From contig JANKJI020000004.1 in the NCBI GenBank assembly GCA_024626585.2, forward strand, positions 118,897,369 to 118,915,890: a stretch of DNA of 18,522 nucleotides, given 5' to 3'. The position numbers and the translations under genes are program-made. Every line of letters starts with the position of its first letter. The stretch's first letter is position 1. Positions 10,401 through 18,522 of this stretch are shown piece after piece. Source of the DNA: Ginkgo biloba (Eukaryota; Plantae; Ginkgophyta). The notes beneath the pieces were generated by a model. It searched no databases. It was not told the origin of the DNA and was given only the letters and a program-made list of their open reading frames with translations.

Positions 10401-10711
10401 TGCCATTGCCGATGAAGAGAAGCCATGAGAGGCAGTTGGACGCCATAGAACAAAGGAGTCGCGGGAGTTGAGAGCTGAGGGCCTTGAGGCCACGGTTGGT
10501 GAGTGAAATCGTCGGGTCTTAGAGAGCCCATGGGAGAAGCGGAGAACTCGCAGGACGAGTCATGGGTGTCACTAGTCTGTGAAGATGTCGTGGGTCAAAG
10601 TGAAGGTTGAGGGACATTCGTGCCATCGCCAGTGAAGAGAAGCCACGAGAGCCCGTTGGACACCATGGAATGGAGGAGTCATGGGAGTTGAGAGCTAGGG
10701 GCCTTGAGGCC
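10401..10711. repeat. 91-bp direct repeat, offset 220 bp, in a GC-richer putative retroelement non-coding region
   Basis: tgccat(t/c)gcc..tgaagagaagcca...gggagttgagagct..gggccttgaggcc at 10401-10491 and 10621-10711. Confidence 0.88.
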
Positions 10712-11172
10712 GGTGAAGCCGAAGCTGGGGAGGTGAGCAGGTGCAAATCTTCACTGTGGGTGACTTTGAAGCTGCAGAGGAGATTGCTTTGAGGCCGCGG
10801 GTACCAAAGAGACGCCGTGAAGGCTTGCTGGTGCAAAAGGAATGCAAAGAGCTCATGAGGAAGGAGATCCTTGTTCAAAACCGATCCGAAGCCCGTCCAA
10901 ATCTGACAAAAACGACGAACTTGAAGCGGAATCACTGCTATGTGACAAATTTCCAAAATTCAAAAAAAAATTCAAAATTTTATTATTTTTTTCTAAAGTT
11001 TAGGATTTTTTTTTTTCTTTTGAAAAGATACCTCTTATATTTACATTAAAATATTTACAAGAATAAAAATACNNNNNNNNNNNNNNNNNNNNNNNNNNNN
11101 NNNNNNNNNNNNNNNNNNNNNNNNNNNNNNNNNNNNNNNNNNNNNNNNNNNNNNNNNNNNNNNNNNNNNNNN

Positions 11173-14080
11173 CTTCTTCATCAATTATTGGGAGGTCTAT
11201 TGAGTTTGGATTACTTGCCCTCATTTTTGTTGAATTGAGATGTGAAAATGTCATGCTTTTTTCCTTTAATGGAGAGATCAAGTGCATAAGCCCTTCCCGC
11301 TTTCTTTCTAATTTGGTATGGTCCATAAAATTTGGGAGCTAATTTTTACTTAACATGCCCTTTAAGAGAGGCTTGTTTGTATGCTTTGTTTGTGTGGTTG
11401 CAAGCATACATAGATTGGGTCCCCTTTTTGAAATTCATGCTTTGTTCTATATTGGTTGACTTATTGTTTTATTCTATTATGTGCCATAGTGAGATTCTCT
11501 TTTATTATATGCATGATGTCCTGTACATCTCGTATTTGGTCTTGTGCCACTTGAACTTTGCTATTGGTGATTGTATATTCTTTGATTGATGGAGGGGGTA
11601 TCCATACAAGGTTGTGAATGATGCCATTCCTACTGATATATATATGATATGTTCTACTATATTGGAAGTCTAATAAATGAATCCATTTGATCTTTTCGGT
11701 TTTCTTCTTGATGGTAAAACTTTAAAGGTAAGCTTCCAAATGTTCGATGTTGTATGTGGTAATTTGAATAAATCTTCCAAAAATTGCATGTAAAGTGTGT
11801 GGATCATTGTTACTAACTATCTTGTTTAGAATCCATGCAAGTGGTAGATCTCTTGATGAAAATGTTTGTAGTGGGATAAAATGAGCATATTTGGTCAATC
11901 AATCAACGTCGACATAAATGGTGTCTTACCCTAAGATTGGGGAGACCTGTGATGAAGTCCATGGATTTTTCTTCCCACTGCTAGTTTGGGCTTAGAAGAA
12001 GTTGTAATAGACCTGAGGATGAAACATACTATGATTTCTGTCTTTGGCAATTATCAAATTGAACTATGTATTAAGAAACAATACCATTCTTGATGCCTTT
12101 ACAATAAAAAGATTCTCAAACCTTATAGTAGATTCTAAGGAATCCTACATGTTGTGTAGCTGGTGATGCATGGTATTTATGCCAAACCTTATCTTTAAAT
12201 CTTGAGTGAGGGAGTAAATAAATTCTTCCCTTGGAGAAGAGTATATCATTCTTGCATGACCATGGCTCTTGATCTTGTGATGTTAATTTTTTTATAGTCA
12301 CGAGGCGTCATCATCAATGGCATATCTATTTTGAACTTTTGTAATGCATGTCACAATCAATGAAAACATTGTGGAATCGTGATTTTATCACCTCTTTTTG
12401 ATAGAGCATTTGCTACTACATTGTTTTTGCCTTTCTTGTATAGAATTTTGAAGTCAAAATATTAGATTTTGATGATCCATTTCGTTGCTCTTGAGATTTA
12501 TTTGCCCCCAAAAGTACTAAGGACTATTGTGGCCTGTTTGGCACTTGAAATTTATTCCTCAAAAGGCATTGATGCCATTTTGCTACATGCATAATTGCAA
12601 GTTTTTTCTCATGATGTGTTGATTTTAATTGTTCTATGAATTGAAGCCTCCTACTTTCAAATGCAATTGGTTTTCCTTCCATTATCATTGCTCCCTGTAT
12701 TATACTTGATGCATCACATTCTAGGACAAATGATCTAGAGAATTTAGCATTGCAAGAACTAGCATGGTTGTCTTGACTTGTTTGAGCCGTTGAAAACGTC
12801 TTTGTACTTTGTCACTTCATAAGAAGGATTCCTTCTTAGTAGACCAGTTAGAGGAGAGGTAATATCTGCATACCTTCAAACCAATCTCCTTTGGTAACTT
12901 GTAAGTCCTAGAAATCCTGAGTTTAGAAATGATTTTTGACTGGCCACTCAAGTATTGCCTGTCTTTTGCTAGCATCAACCTTAATTTCTCCTTCTCAGAG
13001 GATATGACACAAATACTTAATTACTTTTTTATGAAAGGAATGTTCTGATTGCTTGGTATGGAACATATTATCTTGAAGTGTTGGAAGTATCTCTTTAGTG
13101 TGTTTCAAATGTATCATCTAGGTGCAACTATGTATCAATATATCATTTGAAAGGACTAAACGATATAAAATTTCCTCAAGAAGGGTGCAAGAAATTTGTT
13201 CATAGAAGCTTGAAACGTTGTAGAGGCATTGGCTAACTTAAATGCCATGATTTTGAATTCATAATATCCCTAATAGGTTTGAAATGCAGTCTTTGAGGTA
13301 TCTTTGTTGTCAAATTCTAATTTCATAAATTTTGAACGAAGGGCAATTTTGGAGAAGTATTTTGCATTGTGGAGTCCATTGAGTAACTTGTGGATCTTGG
13401 GTTTTGGATATTTGTATTTTATTGTGACCTTNNNNNNNNNNGGGTCTTCATAATCAACACAAAGTCAGACCAAACCATCTTTGGGGCAAGAAAAGCGATT
13501 TTATTGGATGCAACAATATTGATATCAAATAGCTCTTGGATGAGTCCTTCAATTTTATTCTTTATAATGATAAGAGTGCCTATGAGGCTTGACATGAATT
13601 GGGGTTGTATCGGGCTTAGTGAGGTAGGCTTTTGGGAAGATTTTGGAATATATCTTCAATTTTGGATAGAACATATTATGAACTTAAATCACATCAAAAG
13701 CCTTTGGGATGTGAATCTCCAACACCCTAATTGTCATAGTCCCTAGAACCTAACGACAACACTTTAAGAGCTACTTGGGCAAGTTGGAAGTAAGCCACCT
13801 AAGTTCTAATGCAATTAGGGCCACTTGGGACAAGTTATGCCATCCCAATCGACCTAGACACACCTTGGCATGATTTGCATCAATTTAGGCTGTAAATAAG
13901 CCTTAGTTTCCCCTTATTATTCATCATAATACATCTTCAATTTCTAGCTGTCTTCTACTTAGAAGAAGGGTGCTTTGGAAGTAGGTATTTCCAAGTTTCT
14001 TAGAACTATGAATTTGACTTTTTTGTGATGCTGATCTCTATTGATCACTTTTGACTAGCAATGACTAACAATGTGATAGT
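11173..14080 (-). mobile_element. Degenerate Ty3/Gypsy (chromovirus-like) gag C-terminus and pol (PR-RT-RNaseH-IN) pseudogene
   Basis: Minus-strand motifs in Gypsy order: SHC*SK..RDQH.KK (gag end, ~14070), PIHVKPHRHS (~13600), KDG...LCVDY (~13475), RT TIKYKYP...AKYFSKI.LRS...KTAFQTY*GYYEFKIMAFKLANASTTFQASM (13430-13200), NDILIHS, GFLGLTSY, RNaseH FVLECDAS...KPIAFESR, YKKGKNNVVANALS, IN zinc finger YHASPATQHVG, WEEKSMDFITGLP (~11975), LYGYP (~11605), KENLTMAHNRIKQ, KLAPKFYGPY (GPY/F motif, ~11340) and LPIIDEE at the gap. There are many stops and frameshifts. Confidence 0.93.
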
Positions 14081-14190
14081 TTTGCATTATGGGAAGTATC
14101 AAGTTTTGATTGAAGTTGTGTGTGGTGAATTATTTGTAGATAATATTATTATTTGCATTCATTAGTAATCACCCGTTTGGGTTATTCAAA

Positions 14191-14870
14191 TGGTATCTAA
14201 TTCTTGCAATAATCTTGTGATTGAAAACTTGTACAACCACCACCAAATGGCTCAATCAATTCCACAAAATCTTCAACATCATCAACAACAAATGATGCAA
14301 CAAAAAAGTACACAACCACTACCATTTGGAAGAAGTGGAATAATTCACAAATTGCAACTGAAGGTACCATAGTTTGTGTTTAATGGACCAATAGAACCAC
14401 ACGAATAGATAACAAAGCCTAACAACGTTCATTAATACAAAGACTACTTTAAATGTAGAAAAGCTATGCTTCACAATAGCAAATATGGGATCGTTTGCAC
14501 ACACTTGGGACCAAAAATGTTACAATTATCATGCAAGAAAAAGAATTGTATATTCCAAATTCACATTTAAATTCTTCAAAAGAGTGCATCAAACCGGGGT
14601 GACCCATATGATATTTGATTGGGACATTTCTTTTAACTTGACCAATCTACAGAAGACTATATAAAGAAGTTTAAGATCATGCACACCATGTATCTAGAAT
14701 GGATGATCAACTAGCATTGGATTTCTACATCAACAATATGCGACTCCAAAGAAGTGTAACAATTAAGGAAGCATAATTCCTAGTTGTTGGAACAAAGAAT
14801 GTACCTAGCAAGACAAACTAAAATAAGGGACAAAGCACTCCATGACTAATACGTAATCCCACAAAGGAGA
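14191..14870 (+). mobile_element. PBS-like site and degenerate Ty3/Gypsy gag (N-terminal/capsid part)
   Basis: ...ttattCA(14187-88)-aa-TGGTATC(14191-97), then KVP*FVFNGPIEPHE*ITK (~14361), VEKLCFTIANMGSFAHTW (~14455), QSTEDYIKKF (~14643), DDQLALDFYINNM and LLEQRMYLARQ (~14785). These are typical retrotransposon-gag motifs, in order. Confidence 0.72.
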
Positions 14871-14970
14871 NNNNNNNNNNNNNNNNNNNNNNNNNNNNNN
14901 NNNNNNNNNNNNNNNNNNNNNNNNNNNNNNNNNNNNNNNNNNNNNNNNNNNNNNNNNNNNNNNNNNNNNN

Positions 14971-15720
14971 TGCTTTTTTGGAACTATTTTAGTGGGAACA
15001 AGAAAAGGGATTTCAATAAAGTTGCAATGCCCATACCTTTATGAAAACAAGAAAAGGGATTTAAAGAGTGCAAAAAGCTGCAAGTCTTTCAATCTCATTT
15101 TTATGATTACAAGAGTGCCTATAAGGTTTGACATTAATTGGGGTTATACTCACCTTAGGTTACTTGATATGTTCCACACCTTTGTCATGGGAGGACTTTT
15201 GGGAAGATTTTGTAATACAACTTCATGTTTAGATAAAACTTGTAGAAGTTGAGGGCCTTTTGGAAAGTGGGATGTTCAGATTTTTGAAGTTATGTTTTTG
15301 AATGTTTTCATGGAAGAGAATCCAGTCACCATATGTGTGTGCCCTTCCTATAAGAATTTGTCCATTTTATAGGGCATACTACTTGGGTGGGGGTGTGAGA
15401 CTCTATAGATTTATGGTTTGTTCATTTAGTTTGAAGCCCATGAACATCACACTATAGTTACAAGTAAAACAAACGAGGGATTTCAACTATTGTAAACCTA
15501 AGATGACATTGATTCTACCTATAATAAATGCAAAGAAACTGAAGGCTAATGGGTTGTCACTCGTTGATAGCTTAATACTTTGACTTTCTCTTGCACATTT
15601 GACAATATTATTTCTTGAAATTGGGATGTAAATCTTTGTTGTCTTGTTGATGAAGAGGTTCAACTGCTTTGATATGTAGATGTTGAAAAATTATGTGCGC
15701 ACTTAAATTGACTACTATTT
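14971..15720 (-). mobile_element. Second Ty3/Gypsy fragment (protease to start of RT), related to the 11173-14080 element
   Basis: Minus strand: decayed catalytic region VVNLSA-HNF (~15710), ISKQLNLFINKT..., GRINVILGLQ*LKSL (~15520; cf. DVILG.QWL.TL), KGVEHI and PINVKPYRHSCNHKNEIE (~15140). Nucleotides 15083-15227 align with 13543-13658. Confidence 0.82.
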
Positions 15721-16354
15721 ATACTTGACAGTGCTTGATGTAACCCAAGAGATTCAATGTTTTTGGCGTTTGGATTCCTGTTGCTGTTGAAAAGAATATT
15801 GTAGAACTTTATTTTAGATATAGAGGAATATTATTCAAAATGTCGTCTTCCAAGTGTGTGGATATTTTTATCTCTAATTTTGGTTCATAATCTATGTATG
15901 TTTCATCAGATATACATTGTGCTTGTTACGAGCACAAAAATGCTAAAGAGAAGAAAGAAGGAAGAAAGAATGATTTAGCATAAAGAAAAGAAACAAAATC
16001 AAATGTGATTGTATTGGAAATAAAATACATGTTGAAGAAGGTTCAACATTTGTGGAACACAATTCAAACAAAATATCTCTAGTTGAAGGCCAACTTCAAA
16101 GAGAGAAGTCAAATGTGGAAGTGGAAAAGAAGAAGAGGCATCTAAAGAGGAGTTGGGACTCCTAAGAGACAAAGGGAGAAGTGAAGAGCCAAAATCCTAG
16201 AAGGCCTTGGGTCTCACATTCTCCTATTTAAGCAAAGCAAAGTGTGAGGGAGGANNNNNNNNNNNNNNNNNNNNNNNNNNNNNNNNNNNNNNNNNNNNNN
16301 NNNNNNNNNNNNNNNNNNNNNNNNNNNNNNNNNNNNNNNNNNNNNNNNNNNNNN

Positions 16355-17130
16355 GCATGGATCCTAGAAGAGGACTCTTAGTGGCAAGTCAATCCATCTG
16401 GTGATCCCCTATATAATGGGTCCTTGAGAGCTTCTTTTGCAATGAGGAATGGATCCTTCTCTTCTTTTGGGTTTGAAAACTTGGTTTTGATTGTGATGGT
16501 TGCAGTCTTAGCTTTCTTGTTGCTCCTTGTGCAAACATTGACGTCACATTATTTTTGTGTTGGTTGTTCAACATTGGTTGACTTATTGACGAGATTAACT
16601 ACTGTAGTATTTTACGAGCAATTTTTAGAATCATGATCCCCAATCCCATAGTTTTTACAGGGTGGCCCTTTATCATTTTGCATATAAGGACAAGCTTGTG
16701 ACACTTCATGCAATGGACGACAGGGGGTTGACCTCCTTGGTTTATGCCTTGATAGTTTATATGGTGGTTGGAATTACCTTGGTAACCACATCGTTGCCTC
16801 AGTCCTCATCCTCACCCATTTTATGTGTTGTCCCTGTTGGAGTAGTCCTTCATGTTTATCAGTTTGATAAACCACATACCATTTCTTTGTAGGAGTGGGT
16901 TGCTCGGTATGTTCGTTGCAACTATGCCCCATTTGATTGTCCTTCATGCAACAAATGTTGTCTTGAGTGGATTTCTCAGTATATTCATTGCGATTATGCC
17001 CCATTTGATTGTCATTCGTGCAATGAATGTCGTCTTGGGTGTGTTGTTTCTTTTCAAGCTTCAGTTGGCAGTTTCAACACAACTTTTGTGTAATAGTCTG
17101 GTTTTTATCCTAAGTCAACTTAGTTTAATT
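16355..17130 (-). mobile_element. Degenerate gag C-terminal region with multiple CCHC zinc-knuckle relics
   Basis: Minus strand reads KLC*NCQLK..., HCTNDNQMGHNRNEY, CCMKDNQMGHSCNEH, WYVVYQTDKH, HCMKCHK and PCKNYGIGDHDSKNC (16659-16618). These retain CX2CX4HX4C spacing with mutated Cys positions. Confidence 0.65.
16900..17042. repeat. 72-bp (24-codon) tandem duplication
   Basis: tatgccccatttgattgtc at 16923 and 16995, with collinear flanks. Confidence 0.9.
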
Positions 17131-17139
17131 ATTCCAAAG

Positions 17140-18522
17140 TAAATAACAGGAAATAAAACTAGTAATAAGCATCAAGTCAACACAGTTCAATTCAATAAGA
17201 CATCACATCATGCAAGTAGGAATCAAGACTAGACTACTAAGACAAGGGGATAAGTTATTGTGTCATAGGTATGCTACCATTGTTGGCCATGAGGACCCTT
17301 AGAGGACTTGACCATGGTTACCAAGGCAAACCTCTGTTTCCATAAAGGCTAACTGTCATCTCCAAACAACCTCTATGTTTGAGTCTACCTCCTGTAACCG
17401 AGAAGAGTGCCAAGGCGGTAGCCTCTATCCTCCATTTAGGCACTAGGGTCATCTCTCTAGTAATAAGATACCCCTCCTCAAGATCACACCAACTGCACTG
17501 ATGACAACCAAAGACTTATGGTACTCACTATGGTGTGCTAGCACACCTCCACAGTTTTTGTTCTCGCGTCAAGGGTCCACTGGGTTGCTAGCCCCCTCCT
17601 CCTTACTATTAGGTCTTAGGACTTGAAGTCCACAACATGCTCGAAGAAAGGCCATGCTATTACAATCCCTACGCAAATATATATACGAATTGTCCTCACA
17701 TTGGTACTACACACAGGTATGCCACAACAACTGGGCCTTAAGACTCAAGCAGGCATACACTCACATAGTCTACGACCCATAGTCTCACATAGTGGCACAA
17801 AGGAGGCTAAGTAACAATCTTAACCTATCTATTCATACGGATGCCTTATCACACCGATTTAAATCTAGTACTCTAGGGATTTTCTCATACCCAAGTCTAA
17901 TTATCAACCATAGATTTAGATCACTATAGTACAGTAACTAGCATAAATGATTAAATGAAAGAAAATGAGACAATTAACATTATTGTATACCTTTGTAGGT
18001 GTTAAACCCTAGTTTATGGTCTTGTAACAGGCTTAACAACCTCTAGATGTCCTTTGACAACTTCTCCTCAACTTGGACGTAGAAAAGACGCAGAATAGAT
18101 GTAAAGATCAACTTGGCAGGCTCTAAGAAGGTTCAACCTACTTCTGGTAAATTCGTTGGGCCTTTCGGCGACTTTAGAGGGTGAGAAGATCCCTAAATAG
18201 GGTTTGACCTTCAACAGAGACAACAACGAGGACTTCTTCTGCCAAAGAAGCCTTAGAAAAGTTGCTAGGATTCAACAAACAAGCTTTGGCCTAGTCTAGG
18301 ACAACAATTGGGCAAAAATTGGGTCTTGCTAGGTCAACTCTCAGCAAGTAGGAAGCAAGAAAACAATTTCAGGGAGAAGGCACTCACTCTTTGTGGAATA
18401 AGGACATAGAAATTTGAGGAAAGATGATGAGAATGACTTCCTTTGACCTTCTTTTATAGTTGTAGGTGTTGTTGGGCTGTCTTTTGAGGTCAGTTGGCCA
18501 CCAAAAGTTGTTTAAAGCTTAA
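17140..18522 (-). mobile_element. Long LTR-like non-coding repeat, same family as 3510-4608, runs off the window end
   Basis: The reverse complement of ~17280-17560 aligns to ~3860-4180. There is no coding motif. A TATA-like ctataaaag is present on the minus strand at ~18460-18452. Confidence 0.5.

Noticed and set aside
10004-10956. Overlapping 70-145 aa ORFs on both strands
   Set aside because: These are a by-product of higher GC and internal repeats. No domain is recognisable.
11073-11180. Integrase chromodomain
   Set aside because: It would be expected after LPIIDEE in chromoviruses, but it falls in the gap and is not visible.
14190-14372. Stand-alone Gln-rich small protein
   Set aside because: The ATG overlaps the PBS-like site and the frame leads into gag motifs, so it is part of the retroelement.
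3261-16354. ORFs and apparent adjacency spanning N-runs
   Set aside because: Six gaps are exactly 100 N (3261, 5288, 9796, 11073, 14871, 16255), so they are probably placeholders. X-containing ORFs are artefacts, and distances across the gaps are unreliable.

Overview
AT-rich, CpG-depleted eukaryotic genomic DNA from a gapped draft assembly (12 N-runs, six of them exactly 100 N, probably placeholder gaps). Content and repeat style point to a large-genome land plant, possibly a gymnosperm (inference). One host coding feature is recognisable: a single minus-strand exon (2337-2004) encoding a filamin/Ig-like repeat of a GAMETE EXPRESSED 2 (GEX2)-like protein, whose 3' end looks 2 nt short. The rest is decayed retroelement sequence and local duplications. 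This includes a frameshifted Ty3/Gypsy (chromovirus-like) gag-end/pol on the minus strand (11173-14080), fused head-to-head to a plus-strand PBS+gag (14191-14870), and a second Gypsy PR-RT fragment. There is also a multi-zinc-knuckle gag relic, a LINE RT relic abutting the GEX2 splice acceptor, two oppositely oriented copies of one LTR-like family and a tRNA-iMet PBS. Local repeats are an array of palindromic CCGACGCATGTCGG motifs and 72-, ~180-, 220- and 402-bp periodicities. I found no convincing new multi-gene system. All protein and family calls come from manual translation and recalled motifs, not database searches.
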